Shown: positions 23,495-37,318, counted from the stretch's first letter. The stretch is DNA of 64,000 nt from Octopus sinensis (GCF_006345805.1 NC_043010.1:41292001-41356000); one strand, 5' to 3'. The notes: a model not told the origin generated them from the sequence alone. Translations and numbers: made by a program.

Positions 23495-23940
23495 AGTAAA
23501 CATTTTTCATTTTTTTTCATTTCATCTCATCTAGTTTCAGCTCACAAGTTGTGGCCATGCTGGGGCACCGTCACTTGGTGTTGCTACATGATTTTACTTC
23601 ATGAATGCTTTTTAGCAATTGACATTTGGTGCATGAGAGAGTTTGATGCAGCTGCCCTCATCTGCACCTCCTGCCGTAAAGTTGGTTCATCTGGGACACC
23701 TGACAGGAAGAGGTCCAGCTTTATTTTAAAGACATCTGCATCCACCCCATGCAGGTCTCTCAGGTCCTTTGGGAGGATATTGAAGAGCTGTGGACCTCTG
23801 AAGCCCAGGCTACTGCAGTATCTTGTCCTACATCTTGATGGCGAATTTGAAGTCCTTGGCACTATGCAGTGGCGCCCAGTTCTTGTATTTGTGTAACTCT
23901 CGATGCCAAAGTTTGGGACAAGTCCTTCCAACATCTTAAA
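23495..23940 (-). mobile_element. CR1/L2-group LINE ORF2 C-terminal remnant directly after the FANK1 exon donor
   Basis: ORF 23599-23934: GPQLFNILPKDLRDL...FKIKLDLFLSGVPDEP. Confidence 0.75.
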
Positions 23941-25121
23941 TTATTTTATTATTTTTACTGTTTTATTGGTTCCAGGGAGTTAGAAAGTCTTCATGCTGGG
24001 CTTTTTCTCGTGATTTTTTTCTTTACATCTCTAATATTTACAAATTTTCTGTGAATGTTAAATTTTTGGAGGATTGGGTTGATATTTTGGCTATGGTTAA
24101 CATTTATGGTTCACTTAACCTGAATGAGCTCTTCATCTTCATCACTCTGAGAGGTGGAGCTAATGTTTGATGAGGAATACATTGTTAACCTGATGAGCCC
24201 CTTGATTCCAAAGGTCTTCATGGATTGTTATATTGAGTGAGTGAATTTTAATATCTGTGTGTGCATAAATGTATATATTTGTTTTCTCTTTAACAATATT
24301 TCACTTCTTTGTGTATGTGAGTGATTACAGATTAGGATGTGTGAACATTTATCACCACCATACCCATTCTCCTCTTCATCCTCCTCCTCATCATCATCAT
24401 TCTAGTCATTGCTAAACCCTACTTCTTCCTTGCCCCTTTGTCCTCCCTTTAATTATAATCAAGATCATCATTTCTGCCATCATCATTAATTTTTAAGTCT
24501 ATTTTACAATTCATCCACTAACTGTGCATCTTGGCTCTACTTCATCTCTTCTGTGAAATATCCCATGTTCTCAGTCAAAAGTTTTGACTGGCTTCTTCCC
24601 AAGTCCACCTTGTATCTCAGGTAATTCCTGTTTCTACTCTGAGGGCACATTTGGAGGTGTTTTAGTTACTTACTCTCTCTCAGCTAGATGTTCTTCTTAT
24701 TGATAAGCACTCAACCATGAACTAAGAATAGAAACTGTGGTTGTCAGTCAGACAGACTAAGACAGACACACACATTCATGCACACTCTGCTCAAGCTAAC
24801 AAGAGACCTGCACAGTTGCCTGAGTTGCTAGAACTAACAGCAAATTTTCCTTCACATACACTGCACTGTTATAAAAAAAGGAAAGAACACACAAGATAAT
24901 GTAGTCCTAGATACCTGGGATGGTCACATTTTGGAATGCCTTCACTTACAGGTCTTCTCTATCAAGGTTGACCTAAAGTACAATACAAAGAACAACAGTA
25001 ACATAGCTCTATTTTCATTCATTCTTTTTTCATTATTAATTTAGATAATTAAAATTGATCCACAACAGACTCCAGAAGTAATTTTTGAAAATTCTGGTGA
25101 TTATATTTAATTAAAATTAAG

Positions 25122-25348
25122 GTGGCAAGCTGACAGAAACGTTAGCACGGGCGAAATGCGTAGCCGTATTTCGTCTGCCGTTACGTTCTCAGTTCAAATT
25201 CCGCCGAGGTCGACTTTGCCTTTCATCCTTTCAGGGTCGATTAAATCAGTACCAGTTATGCACTGGGGTCAATATAATCGACTTAATCTGTTTGTTTGTC
25301 CTTGTTTGTCCCCTCTGTGTTTAGCCCCTTGTGGGTAGTAAAGAAATA
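25122..25348 (+). mobile_element. SINE family B monomer
   Basis: Family B consensus; another monomer at 45712-45945 and decayed copies near 26305-26520 and 35660-36240. Confidence 0.85.
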
Positions 25349-25352
25349 TATA

Positions 25353-25696
25353 CCGTATTTGACGGCATATTAGACACACTGGTATATTAAACGCACCCTC
25401 ATTTCAGCAGGTCAAATTCAGGAAAAAAAGTTTTTTTACGATAATTCGTATTTTAAAGTAATAATACTGATAATAATAATAATATTAATACTAGCAATAA
25501 AATAATGATGCATGACTACGGATAATATCATTAAGGCGTCAGCGTAGGTAGAAATACTTATCGTAAGCTAGGTTAGTGAGCGTCTGGGAGAAGATTAGCC
25601 TACGGGAGGGTCTTAACTTCGCATATTTAGACACAGGGCGATTTTTTGAGCCAAATTTTTTTGAAAAAAGTGCGTCTTATATGCCGTCAAATACGG
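25353..25696. mobile_element. Tc1/mariner-type MITE (Tc2/pogo-like CCGTATTT termini), TA TSD
   Basis: CCGTATTTGACGGCATAT / ATATGCCGTCAAATACGG TIRs flanked by TA. Confidence 0.85.
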
Positions 25697-25769
25697 TATT
25701 CAATTAAAATTAAGTTAATGATTAAATATATAAATTGATTTCATCCATTTAAATTTCTTTTTTCTATAG

Positions 25770-25851
25770 AGGAACCATTCTATGGAGAGAACTTACACAA
25801 AGCTGTACGTCGCCAGAAAATTCCCGAAATTGTGGATGTGCTAAATTCTGG
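25770..25851 (+). CDS. FANK1: FANK1-like copy B exon (EPFYGENLHKAVRRQKIPEIVDVLNSG)
   Basis: tttctatAG / GTAAAG; 82 bp, phase 1-2; first ankyrin repeat (EP..SEHLHRAV-like). Confidence 0.87.
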
Positions 25852-27196
25852 GTAAAGCACTGACATTTCCTTTCTGAGTTTTTGTTTCTTGACCATCATT
25901 ATTATTTATGCTAATATTTCTTCTCTTAATTTCATTTTGTTAACTTCTGTTTCATTGTTGCATTGTTAACTCTTGAGTATCTTCTCTCATCATGTTTAAT
26001 ACCTCTACTATTGTTGTAATCTTGGATTTTCAATTGACATCTTTAACATCATATTAATCATCATCACTGTATCATTACCACTTGTCTTTAATCAATGCAA
26101 ACACAATCACCATAACCACTACCACTAGCACCATCCTCATTTGTCATTATCGCCACAATTAAGCACATAAATACTACCATTGCTATCATTATTTGCAGCA
26201 AAATGGTACTTTGAAAGTAATTGAAATTGCTCAATATAGCAAAAAAAAAAAAAAAAAAAAAAAAAATTCCTATGCCTTCTGTTTTTTCAATATTAGGAAC
26301 AACTAAGGTGACGATCTGGCAGAATCATTAGCATGCTGGGTGAAATGTTTGGCAGCATTTTGTCTTTCTTCATATTCTGAGTTCAAATTCTGCCGATATC
26401 AACTTTGCCTTTCATCCTCCTGGGAACAATGAAATAACTACCAGCTGAGTACTGGGGTCACTGTAATTGATTTACTCCCCACCTCCAAATTTGCTGGTCT
26501 TGTACCAGAATATGAACTCAATATTAGGGACAACAGATTATGAAACTACTATCTATAAAGGGGCCCTTGGGCCAAACCGGTTTATGGCCTTATTTCATCT
26601 GGTCTGACATCTTCATTGAAATATGTAATGTTATATAGAAAAATTGTTTGTTTTCCTTATCAATCTTTGGTTAGTCATCATCATCATCATCATCATCATT
26701 TAACGTCCGCCTTTCATGCTAGCATGGGTTGGATGATTTTGACTGAGGGCTGGCGAACCAGACGGCTGCACCAGGTTCCAATCTTGATCTGGCAGAGTTT
26801 CTACAGCTAGATGCCCTTCCTAACGCCAGCCACTCCGAGAGTGTAGTGGGTCAATAACGAAATTCAGTATCAAAAGATGAAGCAGAAGTCTAATTTTTGC
26901 ATTTGCCTGAAATGAATCAATGTTTTATATTAATACGAAAAAAAGTGATAAAAAATGAAAACTTCTCCAGGTACAGTATTTTAAACAGTAAATATTTACA
27001 CCTTCCTAGATGAATGAAGCAATAGAGACTAACACAATATTATTTACACAAAACATTAAAATAATTTAAAAAAAAGAAGTATTGATTGTATGATTTTAGT
27101 TTAATTTATTATTTGCTTCGACCAACAGAACTTAAAAACATCTCTTCTACATCTTTCTATCTTGCCCCCCACTCATGGTTCTTGCATCGTCTACCT

Positions 27197-27613
27197 ATTT
27201 CTTTACTACCTACAAGGGGCTAAACACAGAGAGAACAAACAAGGACAGACAAACGGATTAAATTGATTACATCAACCCCCCCCCCCCCCAGTGCGCAACT
27301 GGTACTTAATTTATCGGCCCTGAAAGGATGAAAGGCAAAGTTGACCTCGGCGGGATTTGAACTGAGAACGTAACGGCAGATGAAATACCTCTTTCTTTAC
27401 TACCCACAAGGGGCTAAACACAGAGAGGACAAACAAGGACAGACAAACGGATTAAGTCGATTACATCGACCCCAGTGCGCAACTGGTACTTAATTTATCG
27501 ACCCCCTGAAAGGATGAAAGGCAAAGTCGACCTCGGCGGGATTTGAACTCAGAATGTAACGGCAGACGAAATACAGCTACACATTTCGCCCGGCATGCTA
27601 ACTTTTTTGCCAG
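27197..27613 (-). mobile_element. SINE family B dimer with TSD
   Basis: CTTGCATC(G/A)TCTACCT at 27181-27196 and 27614-27629. Confidence 0.85.
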
Positions 27614-28796
27614 CTTGCATCATCTACCTGTCAACCCTACCTGTTTTGGCAGTCTGCTTCATTCTTCTTCTCATACAATCTTGCAAACCATCCTCACCCA
27701 CTTCTGAGTTTGTGCCTTGTGGTGACACCTGGACACCTTATCCCCATTATCTATCTTTTGCAGCTTCTACTGATCATTTTCTCTTTCTTCCTCCTTTCCC
27801 TCTTTCTCCTACTAGATGTCAGTAGCCATGCAAATCCCTCTGCAAGAGCCTGTTATTCTCCTCCCTAATAATTCCCTTATCCCCTGGCATGAAGCTAACA
27901 CCCCCACCACCACCACCTCCCCCAGGGTTTGTAGTCTTGCAAACTGCATGGCAACCCCAATAGTGTAGGTGGCACAAAAAAGTATCCACTCCATGCTATA
28001 AAGTGTTTGATGTTAGAAGGGCACCCAGCTATAAAAACTATGCCAAAGCCGACATTGGAGCCTGATGCTGTCCTTGGACATATCAGATTTTGTCAAACCA
28101 TCTAACCTGTGCCAACATGGAACATGGATGTTAAATAATGGTGGTGATAGTGTCGGTGGTGGCGGTGGCAGTGGTGGACAATAAGAAGAGCACAATGCAG
28201 TTGTAATAGATTGTTTATTGGCTTGAACAATATTTCGACAGCTTAGCTGTCTTTTTTCAAGTTCAAAATCTAAAATGTTTAGCAAGTTCTGTCAAACTAC
28301 TGCTATTGTGCCTGACGTCATACTTGTGCCCATTGAGTCTTTTGTTTAGAAAGGTACAATGACAAGTATGATGTCAGGCACAATAGCAGCAATTCGACAG
28401 AATTTGTCGAACATTTTACATCAAGTACATGTTCTCAGAAAATATTCTGAATCTACTACACTTTCAGTTCTCAAAATGCAAGAGGACAAATATGTTTGAG
28501 ACATGTACTCCTGTATGATAATATTTCAAGAACTGGTAGCTTCCTTTCTACTATAAATATCAATTAGCCTCAGTCTCATATTTTGTGTTATTTTTTTTTT
28601 AAAAAACAAAATCTTGTGTTCCTTATTCTCCAGTAACTAATGATGACAATATGGTTGCAGTGAAAATGAAGATGAATATGAATGCTAATGATGATAAATA
28701 CTAATGATAATGATCCTAGTTATGGCCATGAAGATCATTAATCTGATTATTATACTGAAAGTGATGAGGATTAAGATAACGATGGTGAACAACGAT

Positions 28797-29226
28797 GGAT
28801 CTTTGCCGTTTGAACGGCAGTTTTTAAAAATAATTTCCACGTAACTAAACACTTTTAAACTTCGTATACTGGTAGAATGTGCTTATAAAGCATCTTTTTC
28901 TCTTGCCTTTATTGAGAAAATTCTATAGTTTGTAAGATATTTGTTGTTTTTTTTCCTTCAATTTCTGCAATTTCAACCAATCAATGACCGTCTATTGAGG
29001 TGAAAACATTCTGTGCCGTATGAATATGTCTCTCGTTTAAGAAACAGATTAGGTTTATTTACATTTCTGAAGAAAAAAAAGATACCCTTCCCCCCACCCC
29101 TAACCCTAACTTACCCTAACCCTAAAACAGATTGAAATGCAATAGATCGATACTAGGGTCATAATTATGGGTGACAATTTCATATGACACCGCTAGAAAA
29201 AACTGCCGTTCAAACCGAAAAGATCC
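28797..29226. mobile_element. GG-terminal MITE, copy 3, TSD ACAA(C/T)GAT
   Basis: TIRs plus 8-bp TSD with one mismatch. Confidence 0.85.
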
Positions 29227-29318
29227 ACAATGATTGTGACAGTAAGATGATGTTAATGAAAATAACAATGATTATGATGATTATATTACTGGTGATAGTT
29301 TTCTATAATGTATTACAG

Positions 29319-29393
29319 CCATATCACAGTTGATGTGCCAGATAATCATGGTCTAAGTGCACTAATGAATACGGCAAAACGGGGCCAACCTGA
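29319..29393 (+). CDS. FANK1: FANK1-like copy B exon (HITVDVPDNHGLSALMNTAKRGQPE)
   Basis: tattacAG / GTAAGT; 75 bp, phase 2-2; VDVP..G.SALM ankyrin motif. Confidence 0.9.
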
Positions 29394-29739
29394 GTAAGTG
29401 CCTATTGTAAATATATACTCTTGTGGTGTGTATAATATCTGACACTGAAGTGAAATAGCGAAGTGGATAAGGTATAAAACTACAAGCTCATAAGTTTTTG
29501 AGTTCAAATCCATTTCAGGTATTGTATTTTGTATTTTGGATAGCACAGTTAATTCTAGTCTCGTTCAGTTTTCTTAGATGTCAGAAATAAGAACTAGAAA
29601 TACAAAGATAGACCAGCATCATATGAGCCAGAAGCAGATGCACCTCACACTAAAATGATGTCATGACACCAAAGATAAATAGTGAAACTTAAAAGCCACT
29701 GACTTAGGAATCATTTACATTTGACAGTTATGATACCTT

Positions 29740-30330
29740 GTGTATATAAAGTCTTTTTATGTGTACAGCGTGTTGTGGTTATGGAGTGTATATGGTTTTG
29801 TGATTATGGTGTGTATGAGATCTTGTAATTATAGTGCCAGCAAAGTCTTTTGTTTGTGGTACATGTGAAGACTCTTAGTTATAGGGTTTCTGTTATGATG
29901 TGTATAATGCATTGACCTTATAATTACATGGTGTATAAAGTATTGTTATAACAGTGTGTTTGAAGTATTGTGATAATGATGTACCTGAAGTCTTATAGTT
30001 ATGTTGCGTATTAAGATCTTGTATTTATGGCATGTTTTCTCTTTTGTGGTTTGGATGTGTATAATGTCTTATTATTATGTGTTCAAGGTATTGAAGTTAT
30101 GCTTTGTATAGGGTTTTGCAATTAAACCATATCTATATAAGGATTTGTGGGTATCTTCAGTGGTTAAGATTTATGAAATCTTGTGGGTATCTTTTTGTTG
30201 TTAAGATATATGAAGTCTTATGGACTGATGTGGGAGTGTATGGAATTTAGTTGTATTCATAAGGTGTATTCTTGAAAAGTGTTAAATATTAATCTTTTGA
30301 CATGTGTTAAATCTTATTGTAGGTATAAAG
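29740..30330. repeat. Degenerate about 25-bp TG-rich minisatellite
   Basis: Recurrent units like GTGTATGAAGTCTTGTAGTTATGGT. Confidence 0.65.
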
Positions 30331-30854
30331 TATAGTAGTGTGTGTGTATGTGTGTGTGTTTGCGCACAATCTAGAAATTTTATTTCAAGATATGAGGTCT
30401 ATGTATATTTTATGTATATATACAAATCTTGGTAGGAGTCTCAACTGTTGGAGCTATAAATTGTTTTCAGGAATGTCACCTCTAGGCATTCAAAATATTC
30501 TGTGCTTAGTTAGGTTAAAACATTAAATATTAATTATTAAATATTTGAAGTATGTGGTTTTCAATTCATATAAAAATACTGATTTAATGCATGAAATTTG
30601 AAATTCAATGTATAATTCAGTAAATACTTAATATTTTGAGGTTAGACTTTCTTCCTGCCTTTCAACAGAAACATACATACATAAACACACATACAGATAT
30701 GCATACTGAAGTACATGATATGAATAGAGCAGAATACCTTTATTTAATTGGCTAATCTACTGACTCTGTAATTCACTGTTTTTTGTATTTATTGTACCAT
30801 AAGCTCTAGTAAGTAACTGCATCACATTCTGAAATGTCTTCCTTCATATTTCAG

Positions 30855-30920
30855 AATTATGAAAGTATTGTTGTCTTATAATGCTTCTGTTTCTTGCAAA
30901 GATGAAGCAGGGAAAACAGC
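30855..30920 (+). CDS. FANK1: FANK1-like copy B exon (IMKVLLSYNASVSCKDEAGKTA)
   Basis: atttcAG / GTGAGT; 66 bp; paralog of 2779-2844. Confidence 0.9.
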
Positions 30921-32045
30921 GTGAGTATTTAGAATCAATTCCTTTTCATTCAAAAATAATGATGGTACGATGGTATAGGAACAGAGGTTTGATAACTGCA
31001 TTTTGTCTTGACACATTATAGTAATAACACTAACTTCTCAAAACTTATCACTGGTCAGCTGCCTTCTTTCCCTAGATTTTCACCCTCTTTGTAGTAACAT
31101 ATTAAATTGGAATAAAATGGCTTGGGATGGTATTTCTCTGGTAGAATGACATAAAATATTTCTTTTCCAAGATTAAAAGCAAGCCCTGGGTCAACCAACA
31201 TGAATTTAGAATGAATGAATTTAGTAGACATAAACTGAAAGAAGTAATGTGTGTGTGTGTTTGTGTGTGTGCGTGCATGTGTGTGTGTGCTTGCGTGTGA
31301 GTGTGTCTCCTTGTCTTGCTATTGTGATAGATGTAAATGTATGCCCTTATCATTCAAATGACATCATTCCTTTCCAATCTTCCCTGAAAACATATCCCAG
31401 CTTGGAGGAAATATTAACTTGCTTGAAAATAGGGAAGGATTGGAAGCAGGAAGTGCATTCAATAATGGAGAAACTGCCTTAATGGATTTTATTTGACCAT
31501 GCAAGCATGGAAAAGTGGACATGAAACAGATAATGTTTGTGATGATGTTTGTGTGTGAGTGTGAGTTTGTGTGTGTTTGCAAGGAAATATATTTAACATA
31601 CTATTAGCATAAATTTTATGGGATCATGCCAACTTTGTCTCCTTCAGTAATAAAAAGATACAATCATTGCACATATCAAGAAAACATTATTGCACTCCAC
31701 TAAATATGAACAGTGTACTACCAGAAACTCCATGATTATTTCAGATGCTAGGTGTCTCTATCCTGTTAAATGCACATCTTCAACATAGCAAAAACTGCAG
31801 CACAATGACATGAAAAAAAACAAAAAAAAAAAAACATGAAACAAGAAAACAAACTGAAACTTGAATTTAAAATCACAAAAAAATGTTATCATATTTGGAT
31901 ATGCTTGAATTTTATTTTCACCCAATCATTTTTATATAGGGAAATACTTCATCTTCACGTATTTGAAATTTCAAACTGAGACAAAAAAAAAAGTTTAAAA
32001 TGATAGTGAAATATTTTTTTTTCTATTTTTTTGAGGTTACCCTAG

Positions 32046-32260
32046 TCTAATGCATGCTTGCATTTATGGCCAGATATCAACTGTAAAACTCCTGCGCACA
32101 CATGGTGCAATCTATGAAGATTATGATTTGGGTGGGACTACTCCATTGCATTATGCCATTGACAGCTGCAACTGTGATCTCATTGAGTGGATGATTACAG
32201 ATGGAGCAAATGTGAACATTCAAGACAGAAATGCTGGTTGGACTCCATTGATGCGATGTG
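32046..32260 (+). CDS. FANK1: FANK1-like copy B ankyrin exon (LMHACIYGQ...GWTPLMRC)
   Basis: ccctAG / GTGAGT; 215 bp; ORF 32050-32271; 52 of 71 aa identical to the copy A exon by manual count. Confidence 0.93.
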
Positions 32261-32548
32261 GTGAGTTCTGAATTTGTAGTTTCACTCTGTGTTTTGAACA
32301 TTTTAGGGACCTTTTTATGTGTGCAAAACTGTAGAGCTTAGGGTACATATTGCAGAGATACAGCTACCATCTTCAATGAAATCTTTTCTGGGACTATTAC
32401 ATCATAGATTGAATGTACATCAAGATATGAGTTCTGATGAGTTTTACACAGAAGTTTATGCCAACAGTCTTCTTGCAAATTAAAGTAACTATTATATTCT
32501 CATAGTACATAGCAAATGAACAAATGCTTTCATATATATATATATATA

Positions 32549-32820
32549 TTCTGTTGTGTCTGGGGAGAGTCATTCTTTTAGTGCCTTATAATTTAACACA
32601 CTCACCGGTAAAATTTTGTGAGTCAAAACTATTGAAAAGTTTGCAAGATGCAACGAAAATTTTAGAAAAATAAAATAGAAATAAGTGTAAATTTTACCAG
32701 CGAGTGTGTTAAATTATAAATCACCAAAAGAGAATGACTCTCCCCAGACACAACAGAATATGCTTCAACACACAAACTCACATAAAAAATCTTACCAACC
32801 AAACCCCAAAACGAAATATA
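32549..32820. mobile_element. Foldback/inverted-repeat element, copy 2 (opposite orientation, shorter arm)
   Basis: Arms about 32549-32618 and 32690-32760; shares TATTCTGTTGTGTCTGGGGAGAGTCATT with copy 1. Confidence 0.7.
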
Positions 32821-33344
32821 TATATATATATATGCAGAGAGATTGACAAACAATACAATTCATATAATATCTTGGATCTGAAATTAGATGCATTTATTTA
32901 GGTGGTTAATTGGACAAGATCAAAAAATGCACTTAGTTAACTTCCAGTCCAATTCTATTTGGTAGTAAAAATTCATGACACTTAAAGCTGGTTTAGAAGA
33001 AATTAGATATGATATGTGCAGGTAATCACGGATCAATATCATAATTGTAAATTTCTGAGTTTGTGAAATTAATTACTCAAAATTTTGGGTTTCTTAAAAT
33101 TCTTACAAAAGCACTCTTAACCCTTCCCATTATCAATGTATTCATGCAAAATATTGTTTTAACACTAAATAATAATATAAAAAAACAAGGAAGTAAAACA
33201 GAAAGGTGATGACATGGGTACTGTCTTGAAACATACATGCTATGATAAACCCATCAAGTAACTTCCTCAAATAACTTCATCACATACAGATTATTAAACT
33301 TAATTTCATTTTATTATCCTGTTTTATAAGTATATACTCTTTCT

Positions 33345-33773
33345 CTCTTTTTCTCTTTTTACTTTACTCTTTTTACTTGTTTCAGTCATTTGACTGCGGC
33401 CATGTTGGAGCACCGCCTTTAGTCGAGCAAATCGACCCCGGGACTTATTCTTTGTAAGCCCAGTACTTATTCTATCGGTCTCTTTTGCCGAACCGCTAAG
33501 TTACGGGGACGTAAACACACCAGCATCGGTTGTGAAGCAATGCTAGGGGAACAAACACAGACACACAAACATATTCACACACACTTATATATATATATAT
33601 ACATATATACGACAGGCTTCTTTCAGTTTCCGTCTACCAAATCCACTCACAAGGCATTGGTCGGCCCAGGGCTATAGCAGAAGACACGTGCCCAAGATGT
33701 CACGCAGTGGGACTGAACCCGGAACCATGTGGTTGGTTAGCAAGCTACTTACCAAACAGCCACTCCTGCGCCT
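33345..33773 (-). mobile_element. SINE family A
   Basis: Reverse complement of the family A consensus. Confidence 0.88.
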
Positions 33774-34417
33774 ATTTTGAAATTTTCCAGATTAGTTTTT
33801 AAAAAATTGAAATAGCAACCTGCTGGGCTAAAAAGGTTCACCATTTAGCTGAATGTTTTATCATTCCCCAGTGTATCTCTCTCTCTCTCTCTCTCTCTCT
33901 CTCCCACTCTCTCCCCCCCCCCTCTTTCTCTCTCTGAACAGGTAAACAAAGGAAGGGAAAGATTATAACTTTGAGGTAAAGACTTAAAATATGTAATTTG
34001 TGGCTTTAATGTTACATGTGATATTTCGGGGTACTAATTGTGATTTGTCTAGTTTTCCATAAAAATTAAATTTGCATTTTAGTCACAGGTTATTGTTGTT
34101 CTTTTTATTATTTAATGGGTCTATACTGACTATGCTTTTAAAATTTAAGGACAGAAATTTTTGATGCTTTATCTGTGGCAGAGTAATCCAGGATTATATG
34201 TAGAGTTCTCTGCAAATTACCATAAGTGGTCACTCCACTCCTCATTGGAGACCTTTGGTAAAGTGCCATAGAAATTTGTGAGCTTTACTCAGTTCATATC
34301 AGGTGTTAAAAGCTTTTTGCTTTGCAATAACTCATCATGACTGCTTTGTATTCTGAATTCAATTCCCACTCTATGCACTTTGCTTTTAATTTTCTGAGTG
34401 ATCAATGAATTAAGTGT

Positions 34418-34716
34418 GGAGGCACATGGCCTAGTGGTTAGAGCAATGGACTCGCGGTTGAGGGATCGTGGGTTCGAATCTCAGACCAGACAATGTGTAT
34501 GTTTATGAGCGAAACACCTAAGTTCCATGCGGCTCCGACAGAAGGTAATGGCGAACTTCTGCTGACTCTTTCACCACAACTTTCTCTCACTCTTTCCTCC
34601 TGCATCTCACCTGTGACGGACTGGCGTCTCATCCAGGTGGGGAACCTATACACCAAGGAAACCGGGGAACTGGCCCTTATGAGCCAGGCATGGCTCGAGA
34701 AGGAACAAACAACAAA
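34418..34716 (+). mobile_element. tRNA-derived SINE with V-domain-like tail
   Basis: Head GGCACATGGCCTAGTGGTTAGAGC; tail CTGTGACGGACTGGCGTCTCATCCAGG...GAAACCGGG resembles the V-SINE domain. Confidence 0.65.
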
Positions 34717-36324
34717 TGAATTAAGTACTAATCAAATATTGCCTTGACAATTACTAGCTCACAAAATTTGTAGACTGGGGAATCATGAGAGAGTACTCCC
34801 AGGCCAAGTAGAAAGTGGTATATTAGAAAGTGCATTCAGCAGTAAAAGCTGCACCAAAAAAAAAAAAATACAGACATCGTAGGGTTGTGAGGGGTCCCTT
34901 TAGTTTTGTCATGTCAACAATCTCTTTCTTGCTGGTGGTAGAATAAAATACATCTAGTCTACACTGTCAAGTGGTTGGTGATAGAAAGGCATTTTGCTAT
35001 AAAAAAAAAACACAATCAAAATAACAATATACACAACAAAATAATTGAAGGATTTCTCCATGTTTTTATGTGTGCCAAGTGATGAAGGATGGCAGTAGAT
35101 GGAGATACAGAGCACCATGAGAGTGGTAAGACAAGGGACCGTTGCAAGTAGTGAAACAAAAGGTTTCTATTGGTGATGAGACAAAGGATTATAGCAAGTG
35201 TTGAAATGTTGTGAAACCCATCTAACCAATACCAGCATGGAAAGACATGAAACAGTGATGTTAATGATATAATTTATAATAATGATCTTGGTGTATACAG
35301 TACAAAGGTGCACTACAACTTATCAGAAAAAGTAGCTTAAAGTGCATGTACAGTCCGTAGAATAGTGTACAGAAAGTGAACATTGAATGAGTTATTAAAA
35401 TAAAAAGGTAGGGGTGGTGACATCAGGTGTACTGCTGGAAAGATGATAGAATCAACTAAATTGTGAATAAAATGTCTTGAATTATTTTTAGTTACAGCCC
35501 TTTGCATCTGGAGTTCAGATCCTACTAAGGTCAATGTTACCTTTCATCCTTTTAGGGCCAATAAAATAAAGTATCAGTCAAGTGCCATGATCAAGAATAT
35601 TGACTATTCCCCCTCCATTAAAATTTCTAGCATTGTGCTTAAATCGGAAACAGTTGTTAAAGGCAGCAAGCTGACAGAATTGTTACAGCTTTGGAAGAAA
35701 TACTTTGAAGTATTTCTTCCAGTTCTTTACATTCTGAGTTCAAATCCTGCCAAGATCAACTTAGCCTTTCATCTCTTTTGGGTCAGTCAAGTAAAAGTCA
35801 AGAACTGGAGCACAATGGTATAGAATAACCCACTTCCTTAAAATCGCAGGCTTGTGCCAAAATCAGAAAAAGGAGGTGAAATGGCATAATTGTTAGAGCA
35901 TTGGATAAATGATTTGCCAATGTTTCTGCTGACTCTACAATCTGAGTTCAAATCCTACAGAGTCTACTTTCATTTTTTGTGGTTGATAAAATAAGTACCA
36001 CAGCTTTAGGGTCAATGTAATTAACCTGCCTTTTCCCCACCAAAATTTGACCTTGTGCCAAAGTATGAAACCAAAAATGGTGAACTAGCAGAATCATTCG
36101 CAGCATTTCATTCATCTTTACATTCTAAGTTCAAATTTCACTAAGATTGACTTTGCTTTTCATCTTTTTAAGGTCAATAAAATAAGTACCAGTTGAGCAC
36201 TGGAGTCAATGTGATCAACTTATATCCTCACACAAAATTCAAAACCATTATTATGATCATCATCATCATCATCATAGAAATTTAGAGCACTGAATTGCTT
36301 GAAACAGTGGATCACCAATCTGTC

Positions 36325-36690
36325 AACTCTTTTACTTGTTTCAGTCATTTGACTGTGGCCATGCTGGAGCACCACCTTGTAGTCGAGCAAATCGACCCCA
36401 GGACTTATTCTATCGGTCTCTTTTGCCGAACCGCTAAGTTACGGGGACGTAAACACACCAGCATCGGTTGTCAAGCGATGTTGGGGGGACAAACACAGAC
36501 ACACAAACACATACACTCACACACACATATATATATATATATACATATATACAACGGGCTTCTTTCAGTAATCGTCTACCAAATCCACACACAAGGCTTT
36601 GGTCGGCCCGAGGCTATAGTAGAAGACACTTGCCCAAGGTGCCACGCAGTGGGACTGAACCCGGAACCATGTGGTTGGTAAGCAAGCTAC
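36325..36690 (-). mobile_element. SINE family A (5'-truncated)
   Basis: Reverse complement of the family A consensus. Confidence 0.87.
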
Positions 36691-37318
36691 TCCAACTGTT
36701 GACATTTTGTGATCTAATTTCACAGATTTAACTAGAATGTTATACCAGAGGTCTTTTAAAGAAAGAATGGAATACATCCTGTTTCTGATGTATCTCTAGT
36801 ATGATTATCAAGAGAATTTCTTTCTAGAGATAGCACTATATGTAGTTTTTATTGTATTGTTAAGTCTTATTGGAAAATAATGCCTTGTGATCATTTCAGG
36901 AGCATCAGCAACTGCTCCAAACGTGTAAGTCTTTGTAGAGAGTCAACAACTGATAAGAACTAAAGTATTTTTGGTCCTTGAAGCAGAATGCTAGTTTTGG
37001 GGATAAAATATTAACTAAATTGTGGTCATCAGGGAAGACCATCAGAGATGGTGAGGCTGAATTTTTGTAGAAATGTTTGAATGTTTTAGTGGTGTGTTGT
37101 TCAAGACTTGACAGAGCAAAGAACACAATTGCTTCCTTGACATGAACAGTGATTGAGTTCTTGTGCTGTTGAAAGAAATAAGATTATCATGTACCAGTTA
37201 AAATATATGTACCGATGAATAAGCAGCATGTTTGTTAAATTAAGTAATCTTTCTACTAAGAAATACTTATCTATGTATATTTGACATGATGCTTACTATT
37301 TTTTTCTAATATTCTCAG

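Noticed and set aside
30436-30513. Alternative FANK1 exon (GSLNCW...GMSPL...) with compatible phases
   Set aside because: Weak donor (GTTAAA) and poor ankyrin similarity; 29319-29393 fits far better.
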